NCBI GenBank assembly: GCA_022709525.1
Contig: JAKLIQ010000001.1
Coordinates: 274,679 to 338,678 of the forward strand
From: Candidatus Omnitrophota bacterium
GTDB taxonomy: Bacteria; Omnitrophota; Omnitrophia; Omnitrophales; Aquincolibacteriaceae
Direction: 5' to 3'
DNA length: 64,000 nt
Shown here: positions 18,985-30,201 of the stretch, piece after piece
Layout: each line of letters begins with the position of its first letter
Numbering within the stretch: the stretch's first letter is position 1
Translations under genes and position numbers: made by a program
The notes under the pieces: model-generated
Database searches by the model: none
What the model saw: the letters and a program-made list of their open reading frames with translations, nothing else
What the model was told of the DNA's origin: nothing

Positions 18985-21900
18985 ATGATTATGCGAGACG
19001 CAAAGAAGGTGAATACGAAAAAGCTCATCGCTATTTTTACTGCCATCAGTTTGGCATTTTTGCAGGCCGCCCCGGTTGGAGTCGCGGCAAATACCCCTGC
19101 TGATCAGCTTGATGGTAGTGGAGTACATGTACCTGTCAAGTCTGCCACAGATGCACCATCGGAACCCTCGTCTGCGCAGGCGGTAATTCCTCCCAATTTT
19201 TTGATGGATACTGGCGGAATATCAAAAACCGAGGAAACGGAAATTCCGCAAAATGATGAAATCCAGGCGGTTAATCAAGCATTGGACAGTGATCAGCAAG
19301 ATGCTGTTAGTGAATTGGCCCAATATGCTCAAAACCTGACAGATTCAGCACAGCACACCCAATTTGAGGCAGCGTTATCGGAGGCTGCGCCGGATGCTCA
19401 ATACCGATACCGAATTGGTGCTAATGGCGATCAGAGCTGGTCGTGGACGAGCGCGGATGGTGAGACAACCTATACTTTGCATCAGGATCATCGCATGGTC
19501 CCGATCGGGATCGACGGGCAGATGGAAGAGGAAATTCTCTGGAGTTTTGAAGCTTTAAGCATTGTTATGAAAACAGAAGTAGAGCAATGCAGGAGCCAAC
19601 TTCCAGCCGATTCACTGGCCTACTTTGAGGAAGCGCTATCGCAAACAGATGATACAACTGTATTCTCAAGAACCACAATCGGGACGGATACCATTTATCA
19701 ATGGAACGACAAATCGGACGCATCAAAACTTTACACGATTTCTTTTCATCCTGGGCCCAGCGGGACTATCGAAGCGGCTTTCAGCGTTCAAATTGCGATG
19801 ATGCCTTGGGGACTAACGCATTTGGGGCCGATGTTAACAGATATGGCGCAAAGGACACAATTTGAAACAGCCATTTTAGATGTCGCTCCACTTACCCGTG
19901 ATAATTTTGAAACACTCCTTTTGAGAACGACAGATTCAATCGGACGAGTCACATCCTGGACCTGGACGAGCGCGGATGGGCAGACGACGTATGTTTTGCG
20001 CCAGGATCGACGCATAGTTCCTGTTGGAATTGATGGAGAGACGCACGAAGAGGTTCAGTGGAGTTTTGAAATAAAGAGTCAGATATCGGCGTCAGAGGTT
20101 CAGGAAAATATCAACCAAATTGCAAATGAATATGTTCGGGATCAGGCGCAGCAAGCTTTTGATCAATCCGTAGATAATGGGCAACAGACTTTTACAAAGA
20201 TTGTAAACGGTGGAGACATTATCTATCAATGGAATGATGTTATGGATGCATCGGTGGTCCAAACCCTTTTTTACGCACAAAGCCCAATGGGTGGTAACTG
20301 GTCTTTCAGTACGCAAACAGCTTTGGCACCTCAAGGTCTTTCACATCTTGCGGAGAACCTAACGGAAGTTGCTCAACGCGCCCAGTTTGAAACAGCGATC
20401 CTGGATGCCGCGCCATTGAGTCAGGATAATTGGCAGACGCTTCTTACGAGAATCACGGATACCAATGGTCGCGTTACCTCGTGGAGTTGGGTAAATGCTG
20501 ATGGAGGAACGACATATACCTTGCACGAAGATAAGACAACAGCTGGCGCTTCGACATGGAGTTTTGTCGCCGTAATCCAAGTTTCAACCGAGGAAACAAG
20601 GCAAGAGCTCATGTCGTGGGGGACAACTTCTCCTGAACACCTTCAAGTCTTTGAACAAGCGGTTCAACTTGGAGCTGTGTTTACTAAAACCATAAGCGGC
20701 GATCAAGTAAGCTATCAATGGAATTTGCCAATGAGCGGGCTGGCACAATATACCCAAAACCTGACGGATCCAGAACAGCGTACCCAGTTTGAAGCAGCCC
20801 TTTTGGCCGGCGGATACAGCACTCAGTCCTTCAATGGCGGCGGCTCTAATTCTTGGCGTTGGACAAGCGCGGACGGAAATACGGTTTATTTATTGGTTAA
20901 TAATAAATTTCAAGTGCCTATGCCGGACGGCAGCCAGTGGTTTATTGATGAATGGGGATTTTCAGCTGAAAACCAAGTGAGTGCTCAGGACATTAGGGAT
21001 CAGTTGCAAAATATCGGAACTCCCGAGGAACGCAATATGGCGGAGAATGCAATTGCTGACGGAGCGGTATTCAAAAAAATCACAATGGGCGCAACGGCTC
21101 AGTTCCAATGGGAAAGCGTTAGCGACCCAGAGCTTACTTATCAGCTTATGATTATTGACGATAGACTATCGTTTGCTACGATGTTTAATCAAGCTTCGGA
21201 CATTCAGTATGATGCTCAAGGCAATGTAATCAGTACTACATATCGAAACTATGACTGGGATTCCTTGCTTTGGCTGTATATGCCTTCATACGCTACAGTC
21301 TATCCCTCGCCCTCGACAATAAAATATTATGACTCGCAGGGAAATCTCCTTCGCGAATTAATATGGGGCGAATATGGAAACAGAACTCTAATTGTCTATG
21401 GTGACGCCTCCGTAATGGAGATTCCTGGAAAAGTCGAGGTCTATAGCTTTGATCAAAATCTTTATTCCACGCTTTATTATGATCAAAGGGGCTTCCTCAT
21501 ATCTTATGAAGTTTTACCCACTTTTATGAATCAGCTTCGGGCAGCTTTTCCGGCTTTTGAAGTTTCTTCACCGGTTTATATTTCAGGCAGCAACCCTTCT
21601 CTTTTTCAAATTACTATCACCAATCCATCGCCTGCTATGGGGGCATTAAATCAAATGAGTTTCCATGTGGATCAGGAGGGACAAATAGATTTTGATACGC
21701 TCGAAATCACCTATGAAGATACGGAATTTCAATGGTTTGGGGATCAGCTTCTTCTAGGACAAGTAAAAGATTTGCAGCCGAACGCCAATGATATTGAGAT
21801 CCTTACTCTAATATCTCAATTAACCATCGATTATGTCGACACGAACGGAACGATCCAGTTTACTTTGAATGGAACGCCTTACATGGCGGACGCAACGCTA

Positions 21901-23319
21901 TTTTCCATTATTGATACTTACTTGTACGACGATGCCGTGATAAATCGATCAGAAATGCTGTCGCTTTTTGATCGGGTTGAAGATGATGGCATTGTTTCTA
22001 ACGTTGAGTTTAACATTTTAAAAGCGATACAAAACAATCCTAATCATTATCCGGAGCTTGATTATGTGCGTAATCTCACGGATGCGGTAGTCTTTGGTTC
22101 CCTTGCCAATGCCACCTACCAGGGAACTCTGTTGGGGAATCTTTATGGCGGCTCGACTGCAGACCACCTAGAGAAACTGGTGAATAAATGGTTCTTAGGT
22201 TTGGATCATCCGCTTGTGACTACAGATTACTATGGTACTCCTATTTATCAGCAAGTTGCCGGCAATCTTTTTGTGGATGGTGTAAGCTATGCCGATATAT
22301 CACAAGGTGTTATCGGGGATTGTTATTTAATAGCTGCGCTGGGTGAAACGGCGCTTCGAACTCCGGACATTATTACCGATATGTTTATTGACAATGGTGA
22401 CGGCACCTACACGGTTCGATTTTTTAAGGATGGCATGGCCGAATATGTCACTGTTGATCGTCAGCTCCCGGTTCTTTCAGAATTTTTGATTTATGGCGGT
22501 TCGGCTGGTGGAACAACACATATGGCTGATCCCGATGCTGAATTATGGGTAGCGTTAGCTGAAAAGGCTTATGCCCAAATAAATGCAAAATGGAATTCTT
22601 ATGCAGAAAACTCTTATGATGACATCGGTAGAGGCGGGTATATTGATCGAGCCCTTCAAGCGATTACCGGTTTTGCAACTAATACATATGATCTTTTGAA
22701 TAACTTTACCTCAATAGTGTCATCTTGGGCAGCCGGCGGTCTCATAGGGTTGGCGTCGCGGTACGATGCCGTTTCCCCCGTAGTGAGCGGCCACGCGTAT
22801 ACACTGGTAGATTACGATGCGGTAACGCAACTATTTACGCTCTTGAATCCATGGGGGCTCGTCATGACTAATCTTTTGACATTGACTTGGAGTGAGCTTG
22901 AACGGAGCTTCGAAAATTTTTCTGTGGCAACTGGAAGTACAAATACCACGGCGGCAGAACTTGTTTCCAACCCTCAAACAGAAGGCCAGTCCACAACCGG
23001 TTCTGCAGAGGTCGCGTCCCAGAGAAATCCATCTTATGAATCAGTTGTTCAGCTTGAAGCTGCGCCAAATAAAGATGCCGCTGAAAATGTGTTGGATGTG
23101 GGTCTCGAAAAGGAAGAGCAAGAACGACCTGAGGTGGTAGAAAAAAGCACTAAACGCTTTAGAAATCGTTCCGAAAGGCGCTCCAGGGACAGCTATCAGA
23201 CCAGCACTGTTGAAGCGAAACACTTTTTTAGCGAACCGCTTTCCTATCAAAGCGTACTCGATGATTTTTTGTTTCAAAACTTTATCGCACACATGACCCA
23301 AAAGCGTCTCACGGGCTAA
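18985..23319 (+). CDS. Secreted ~1440-aa tandem-repeat protein with a C-terminal calpain-type (peptidase C2-like) cysteine protease domain
   Basis: The likely start MIMRDAKKVNTKKLIAIFTAISLAFLQAAPVGVAA is a signal peptide. The ATG at 18985 follows GGTGAG; the ORF track starts at 18865. Four ~170-aa repeats contain TQFE(A/T)A(L/I)L...W(S/T)WTSADG.TTY.L.QD.R.VP.GIDG..EE..WSFE. The C-terminal domain has QGVIGDCYLIAALG (calpain catalytic Cys), ~165 aa later SGHAYTLVDYD (His), and LLNPWG (Asn). The gene is visibly more AT-rich than its neighbours. Confidence 0.7.
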   Translation: MIMRDAKKVNTKKLIAIFTAISLAFLQAAPVGVAANTPADQLDGSGVHVPVKSATDAPSEPSSAQAVIPPNFLMDTGGISKTEETEIPQNDEIQAVNQALDSDQQDAVSELAQYAQNLTDSAQHTQFEAALSEAAPDAQYRYRIGANGDQSWSWTSADGETTYTLHQDHRMVPIGIDGQMEEEILWSFEALSIVMKTEVEQCRSQLPADSLAYFEEALSQTDDTTVFSRTTIGTDTIYQWNDKSDASKLYTISFHPGPSGTIEAAFSVQIAMMPWGLTHLGPMLTDMAQRTQFETAILDVAPLTRDNFETLLLRTTDSIGRVTSWTWTSADGQTTYVLRQDRRIVPVGIDGETHEEVQWSFEIKSQISASEVQENINQIANEYVRDQAQQAFDQSVDNGQQTFTKIVNGGDIIYQWNDVMDASVVQTLFYAQSPMGGNWSFSTQTALAPQGLSHLAENLTEVAQRAQFETAILDAAPLSQDNWQTLLTRITDTNGRVTSWSWVNADGGTTYTLHEDKTTAGASTWSFVAVIQVSTEETRQELMSWGTTSPEHLQVFEQAVQLGAVFTKTISGDQVSYQWNLPMSGLAQYTQNLTDPEQRTQFEAALLAGGYSTQSFNGGGSNSWRWTSADGNTVYLLVNNKFQVPMPDGSQWFIDEWGFSAENQVSAQDIRDQLQNIGTPEERNMAENAIADGAVFKKITMGATAQFQWESVSDPELTYQLMIIDDRLSFATMFNQASDIQYDAQGNVISTTYRNYDWDSLLWLYMPSYATVYPSPSTIKYYDSQGNLLRELIWGEYGNRTLIVYGDASVMEIPGKVEVYSFDQNLYSTLYYDQRGFLISYEVLPTFMNQLRAAFPAFEVSSPVYISGSNPSLFQITITNPSPAMGALNQMSFHVDQEGQIDFDTLEITYEDTEFQWFGDQLLLGQVKDLQPNANDIEILTLISQLTIDYVDTNGTIQFTLNGTPYMADATLFSIIDTYLYDDAVINRSEMLSLFDRVEDDGIVSNVEFNILKAIQNNPNHYPELDYVRNLTDAVVFGSLANATYQGTLLGNLYGGSTADHLEKLVNKWFLGLDHPLVTTDYYGTPIYQQVAGNLFVDGVSYADISQGVIGDCYLIAALGETALRTPDIITDMFIDNGDGTYTVRFFKDGMAEYVTVDRQLPVLSEFLIYGGSAGGTTHMADPDAELWVALAEKAYAQINAKWNSYAENSYDDIGRGGYIDRALQAITGFATNTYDLLNNFTSIVSSWAAGGLIGLASRYDAVSPVVSGHAYTLVDYDAVTQLFTLLNPWGLVMTNLLTLTWSELERSFENFSVATGSTNTTAAELVSNPQTEGQSTTGSAEVASQRNPSYESVVQLEAAPNKDAAENVLDVGLEKEEQERPEVVEKSTKRFRNRSERRSRDSYQTSTVEAKHFFSEPLSYQSVLDDFLFQNFIAHMTQKRLTG

Positions 23320-23451
23320 TGGTTTCCCTAGCGCTTCAAAATCTTTTGGCAAGACTGCGGTAAAGCAATTTTGACCCGCGGGTCGGAAGTTTTGCCTTTG
23401 GCCCGCTTTAAAATGTCTTTCTTTTTTTGCCTCGAACAGATAATATGCGCC

Positions 23452-25158
23452 ATGCACCCCGAACAGAAGAAAGACAGATTCGTTAATTGCGCCGTTTATA
23501 CCCGCGTATCCGTCGATGAGCGAGCCGCGACGCAAGCTTATTCCACGCTCGACAATCAACGGGATAGCTGTCTCTCCTATATCGAAAGTCAAAAGTCCGA
23601 GGGCTGGCGAGTCTTTAAAACCTATGAAGACTCCGGCCAGTCCGGCGGATCGCTTAACCGCCCCGCCATCAAGCAGTTGATCCATGACATCAAGAAAAAG
23701 CTCATCCAGGTTGTCGTTGTTTACAAGATCGACCGTCTCACGCGAAGCCACCGGGATTTTTATTCGCTTCTGGAAGTTCTGAACGAAAACGGCGTTACCT
23801 TCGTTTCCACCACCCAGCATTTTGAAACCAACTCCCCGGCGGGAAGGCTTTTATTGCACGTCATGCTTGAGTTCGCGCAATTCGAACGGGAAATGGCACA
23901 GGAGCGGACGTACGACAAACGCATCGCGATGGCTCGTAAAGGCATGTACTGCGGAGGAAGGGTGCCGCTTGGATACGACACAAAGAACAAGAAGCTTATC
24001 ATCAATCCCGAAGAGGCCAAGATCGTGCAGCTTTGTTTTGAGCTTTATCCTAAACTCGGGTCCATGGCAAGGGTCAGCCAGCGGTTGAACGAGCTGGGTT
24101 ATCGCACGAAAAAATTCTACGACAAAAGCAAAAAAAACACCGGAAGCAGAGGAAGCATCAAATTTGATAAAAAGAAAGTTTCGACGATCCTGGCCAATCC
24201 TCTGTATATCGGGAAGGTGCGTTTTGTAGATAAAAGCAAAAAAACCTATCTTTTTGATGGGGAGCACAAACCTATCATTAAAGATCTTAAGGTCTGGGAT
24301 GGGGTCCAGAACCTGCTCGTCAGTAACCGCGAAACCCGCAAGAGTTTTAAACAGAATAAATATGAAATGCTCTTTCAGGGTCTTGTCCGCTGCGGAGAAT
24401 GCGGAAGTACGATGAGCAATGCCTCCAAAAGAAAAAACGGGAAGGTTTATCTTTATTATCGCTGTATCGAGGCCATCGCGAAGGGCAAGGATTATTGCTC
24501 CATTCGTACTGTTTCCGGAGAAGCGCTTGAGGAGCTTCTTATTGCAGAATTTAAGGCCCTCGGCAAAAATCAGACGCTTCTCAGGAGATCCATTGAAAAG
24601 GCTAACGGTTTGGCCAAGAAGGGACTTGCGCCCTTGCAGAGGGAGAAAGACGCTGTGGAGGCCCAATTAACGAAAATAAACGGGGATTTAAAGCGGCTGG
24701 TAAATATCATGAAGTCCGAAGATATGCCTCAGAGAAGAGTTCAAACCCTTCTGAGCGAAATGTCGGACCTGGAAGCATCCAAGGAAAAGCTGGAATATGA
24801 GACCCACCGCATTAATACCAACATGCACCATCTTAGCCGGCACGTTATCGACGCGGAGACCTTCACCAAGCTTTTTGCGGAGTTCCCGGCAGTTTTCGAC
24901 ACCTTTGACTTTGAGGAAAGAAGGAAACTCATTGTTCTCTTGGTCAAAGAAGTGATTTATACTCCAACCAAGATCACCGTTAAATTCTGGGGGGATTTAC
25001 CAGAAATGGATTTTGACATTAAGCATCCGCCGGACTGGACACCGCCGCCGGATGACGATGGTGGAGAGGCTAGGGGTAGACCCGGAAATTCCGCCACACA
25101 ACCGGCGGGCAGGCAGGTTTGCTCAAGAGTGTCGAATGGCTGGGGAACTAGGATTTGA
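23452..25158 (+). CDS. Large serine recombinase (resolvase/invertase catalytic domain + recombinase + zinc-ribbon/coiled-coil regions)
   Basis: N-terminal CAVYTRVSVDE...QRD and VVVVYKIDRLTRS motifs of the serine-recombinase catalytic domain. A Cys-rich CGECGSTMS...YRC zinc-ribbon segment is present. The length (~570 aa) is typical of phage/ICE large serine integrases. The 3' end as called overlaps tRNA-Gln, so the true C-terminus is uncertain. Confidence 0.8.
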   Translation: MHPEQKKDRFVNCAVYTRVSVDERAATQAYSTLDNQRDSCLSYIESQKSEGWRVFKTYEDSGQSGGSLNRPAIKQLIHDIKKKLIQVVVVYKIDRLTRSHRDFYSLLEVLNENGVTFVSTTQHFETNSPAGRLLLHVMLEFAQFEREMAQERTYDKRIAMARKGMYCGGRVPLGYDTKNKKLIINPEEAKIVQLCFELYPKLGSMARVSQRLNELGYRTKKFYDKSKKNTGSRGSIKFDKKKVSTILANPLYIGKVRFVDKSKKTYLFDGEHKPIIKDLKVWDGVQNLLVSNRETRKSFKQNKYEMLFQGLVRCGECGSTMSNASKRKNGKVYLYYRCIEAIAKGKDYCSIRTVSGEALEELLIAEFKALGKNQTLLRRSIEKANGLAKKGLAPLQREKDAVEAQLTKINGDLKRLVNIMKSEDMPQRRVQTLLSEMSDLEASKEKLEYETHRINTNMHHLSRHVIDAETFTKLFAEFPAVFDTFDFEERRKLIVLLVKEVIYTPTKITVKFWGDLPEMDFDIKHPPDWTPPPDDDGGEARGRPGNSATQPAGRQVCSRVSNGWGTRI

Positions 25159-25210
25159 ACCTAGACTAGGTGATCCAGAGTCACCTGTGCTACCGTTACA
25201 CCATTCCCCA
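25137..25210 (-). tRNA. tRNA-Gln (anticodon CUG)
   Basis: The reverse complement folds as a cloverleaf: acceptor TGGGGAA/TTCCCCA, anticodon stem GGTGA/TCACC with loop CTCTGGA (anticodon CTG), T-arm CTAGG-TTCAAAT-CCTAG, discriminator G and an encoded CCA. Confidence 0.8.
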
Positions 25211-25416
25211 ACGTAGCTATTTGAAAAAACCTTATTGCGGCAACTCAACATCTGTTACTTAATCATTCGGGGTTCGCAGTCCCGGCTGATCTTCAGCCGG
25301 GGCACCATTCCCCAATGAAAAGCGAACAAAAAACGGAATTCCGGAGAACAAAAAGGACCCAAGTCGCAGGATTATAGCGGGTCTTCAGAACACCGACAAG
25401 AATTCTTCTGACGGGA

Positions 25417-25849
25417 GTGTTTATGGCCATCACAAAAGAAGAGCTGCTCGATCTTTTAAAAAGGGCCTACGAAATGGAAGAGGTCATGGCTTCCACCTTA
25501 CTCAAATTGGCCGAGAAGCCCATTTCGGGGGACAATATTTCCCAGGAAGCAAAAAACAAAATCTCTGGAGTTATCTCAGTCATCAAAAATGACACCCTGG
25601 AGCATCGGAAGATAGTTTCGGAGCTCGTGAAGCGGGTTTCTGGGGGAACTTGTGGATTCTAACGTCTTACTTCAGCGGGTTCGGCAGCTCAATGCGATCG
25701 ATAAAAACGCTCTGGCTATTTATACCGACTTAATGAAAAAGGTTGAGCATCCCGATCTTGTTAAAATTTTTCAGCGACTCGTACGGGATGAAACCAAACA
25801 TGTAAGGCTTGAGAAAGAGCTATTCTCACTTCTTCAAAGCAAGGCCTAG
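25417..25849 (+). pseudogene. Ferritin-like/rubrerythrin-like four-helix-bundle gene split into two frames (25417-25662 and 25652-25849)
   Basis: Both halves carry E..H motifs typical of di-iron ferritin-like helices (NDTLEHRKIV; VRDETKHVRLEKEL) and are separated by a +1 frame change near 25652-25662. This could be a genuine frameshift mutation, a programmed shift or a sequencing error. Confidence 0.3.
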
Positions 25850-25867
25850 ATTTTTCCAAGGAATACT

Positions 25868-27214
25868 ATGACGGTCCGAGGATTGAAAGAATGGGCTAAG
25901 GTTGCGGAGGTCTTTCTTTGGCTGATTTTAGGAGCCACCACCGTTTTTTACGTGATCTCCATAAAATGGCCGCTATTCTTAGACATCAGTTATTACTTCA
26001 TCGTTACTCTCCTGGTCGTGGATTCAGCTTTCTCTTATTGGTTCACGACAAGTGTTTTTAATGATAAAAAATTCGTTCCTCTTCCAACAGCTGAAAACAA
26101 ACCGGTTCCCAGGACCACGTTTATTGTCAGCGCCTATCTGCCCAACGAAGTGGCGGTCATTGAATGCACGCTCCTGAACATTCTTCAAAAAGTCAAAAGG
26201 CCGGCTGACGGCATCGAGGTCATTTTGGCTTACAACACGCCTCATATGGAGGAACTTGAACTAAAGCTTCGGGAGCTTACTTACCGGTGGCCTGAACTGA
26301 TCCTTGCCAATGCTTACGGGTCACGGAGCAAAAGCGAAAATCTAAATTACGCGATCGATCTGGCAAGCGGTCGCATGATAGCACTCTTGGATGCGGATCA
26401 TCTGGTCTCAGAAGATTGTCTCGCGCTTGCCTGGCGATGGCTTGATGAAGGTTACGATGTGGCGCAAGGCAGGTGCAAGGTGCGTAACTGTGAGGAAAGT
26501 ATTCTCGCGAAGCTTGTCGAGATCGAATTCGAGATCATTTACGGCGTTAATCATCTGTCCCGGTCGATCATTTTTGACACGGCCCTTTTCGGAGGGTCCA
26601 ACGGATATTGGAAAGTCGAGGTCCTAAAAAAAGTGAAATTTCTTGAGAATATGCTGACCGAAGATATCGATACAACGCTTCGCGGGGTTCTCGAGGGTTA
26701 CCGGTTCGTGCATGATCGCAGCATTGTCTCTTCGGAATTGGCCCCGACAACGATCCCAAGCTTTTGGTTTCAAAGAAAACGATGGTCTCAGGGGTGGTTC
26801 GAATGTTCGATGAAATATCAAATAGCCATTTGGAGAAATCGGTATTTGAATTTCCAACAAAAATTCATATGGACCATGCTTTTGACCTGGCGCATATTTT
26901 TTGATGTGGTCAGCATGCTGCTTTTTCCGGTCGTTTTTGCTTTCTGGCTTCATTTGGGAAGGATCGCCTTTCCCGTGAATGCGTACATTCTTTTTGCATT
27001 AGTTTTCATTCTTTTTAGCGGGCCTTATCAGGCGTTGATCGCCTATAAAAACGCCGCTCCACCGAAAGCTCCGGTCTGGGAATATCTATTCTATTCTTTC
27101 TTTGTATGGCCCTACACCGTGTTCAAAACCGTTATCCACATCATCGCCATCCGGGATCAGCTAGCAGGGGAGCATTCGTGGATTGTTTCAAAAAGGACCG
27201 CGGCAAAAATATGA
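25868..27214 (+). CDS. Family 2 glycosyltransferase, membrane-integrated processive synthase type (cellulose/chitin/hyaluronan-synthase-like)
   Basis: N-terminal and C-terminal TM helices; GT-A core with DAD (LLDADH), TED (LTEDID) and the Q..RW motif (FQRKRWSQGW). Confidence 0.75.
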   Translation: MTVRGLKEWAKVAEVFLWLILGATTVFYVISIKWPLFLDISYYFIVTLLVVDSAFSYWFTTSVFNDKKFVPLPTAENKPVPRTTFIVSAYLPNEVAVIECTLLNILQKVKRPADGIEVILAYNTPHMEELELKLRELTYRWPELILANAYGSRSKSENLNYAIDLASGRMIALLDADHLVSEDCLALAWRWLDEGYDVAQGRCKVRNCEESILAKLVEIEFEIIYGVNHLSRSIIFDTALFGGSNGYWKVEVLKKVKFLENMLTEDIDTTLRGVLEGYRFVHDRSIVSSELAPTTIPSFWFQRKRWSQGWFECSMKYQIAIWRNRYLNFQQKFIWTMLLTWRIFFDVVSMLLFPVVFAFWLHLGRIAFPVNAYILFALVFILFSGPYQALIAYKNAAPPKAPVWEYLFYSFFVWPYTVFKTVIHIIAIRDQLAGEHSWIVSKRTAAKI

Positions 27215-27663
27215 AACTAAAGGGACATAAAGACTTTATGAGCGAAGCTATCCGGGAAGCCCGGAAAGGCCTTCGCGAAGGAGGCATTCCGATCGGTTCG
27301 GTTCTGGTCAAACGGGGCAGGGTGATCGGTCGCGGGCATAACCGGCGCGTCCAAAAAAGATCGGCCGTTCTTCACGCGGAAATGGATTGTCTCGAGAATG
27401 CGGGACGGCTTAGCGCCAAAGATTATAAAAAATGCGTGATCTATTCGACGCTTTCACCCTGTGATATGTGTACTGGCGCCATCCTTCTCTACAAGATCCC
27501 CATCGTCGTGATCGGCGAGAACAAAACTTTCAAAGGTCCGGAAGCTTATTTTAAAAAACGGGATGTTAAAATCATCAATTTGGATCTTGTCGAATGCAAA
27601 AAAATGATGAGAAATTTTATTGCCGCAAAACCCGGTCTCTGGAACGAAGATATCGGAAAATAA
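27211..27663 (+). CDS. CDA-fold zinc deaminase (TadA/guanine-deaminase-like)
   Basis: H-A-E zinc motif (VLHAEMDCLENAG) and PC..C motif (TLSPCDMCTGAI). The ATG overlaps the GT2 stop by 4 nt (ATGA). The ORF track's upstream extension lies inside the GT2 gene and is rejected. Confidence 0.7.
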   Translation: MKLKGHKDFMSEAIREARKGLREGGIPIGSVLVKRGRVIGRGHNRRVQKRSAVLHAEMDCLENAGRLSAKDYKKCVIYSTLSPCDMCTGAILLYKIPIVVIGENKTFKGPEAYFKKRDVKIINLDLVECKKMMRNFIAAKPGLWNEDIGK

Positions 27664-27889
27664 TGCTGTGCGTTGTTGCATCGCAGATCCTGCACTGAAA
27701 AAGTCGGAAAAATTTATAGAAAGTTTAGTGCGGCGCTCCCTTCAATAAAATCTTTATGAGAACCAGTGCCGTTTGGTGTTCGGGAGACGGGAAGATAGTA
27801 GAATAAAGCGTTTTTTAAAATACCGTTTTTCAATACCCCGCAAGTCAGCTATAATCCCTTCCCAATCGAAATCGGCAAAGAGGTTTCCT

Positions 27890-30116
<2,227 letters not shown>

Positions 30117-30167
30117 ATCCTCTCCGGGCGATTGACATTTGAACTAAAAGAGATAGGATAGCCAGTT

Positions 30168-30189
30168 AATTGTTCCTGATTTCACAATT
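30168..30189 (+). promoter_or_regulatory. Candidate Rex operator (AATTGTtcctgatttcACAATT)
   Basis: The right half-site TTCACAA matches the Rex box consensus (TTGTGAA-n-TTCACAA) exactly and the left half TTGTTCC partially. Perfect 6-bp outer inverted repeat AATTGT/ACAATT. It lies 13 nt upstream of the NuoE-like gene and downstream of a TTGACA at 30132. Confidence 0.4.
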
Positions 30190-30201
30190 TCGAAGGGCCC
30201 G

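Larger units (their letters stand above)
12745..25215. mobile_element. Candidate integrated mobile genomic island between glnS and tRNA-Gln
   Basis: A contiguous set of typical accessory/mobile functions: AbiE pair, T4CP-like gene, replication-relaxation gene, wHTH, iteron-like repeats, candidate oriT hairpin, secreted protease-repeat protein and large serine recombinase. It is flanked by housekeeping glnS and a tRNA gene and contains AT-rich segments. The exact att boundaries were not identified. Confidence 0.4.

Noticed and set aside
23041-24666. Minus-strand ORFs 23041-23820 and 23851-24666 overlapping the end of the calpain-like gene and the serine recombinase
   Set aside because: They are antisense to two well-supported plus-strand genes (catalytic motifs present) and have no RBS or domain signal.
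27106-27210. N-terminal 35-aa extension of the deaminase ORF
   Set aside because: It lies entirely within the 3' end of the GT2 gene in another frame, while the ATG at 27211 gives a TadA-like N-terminus and a classic ATGA overlap.
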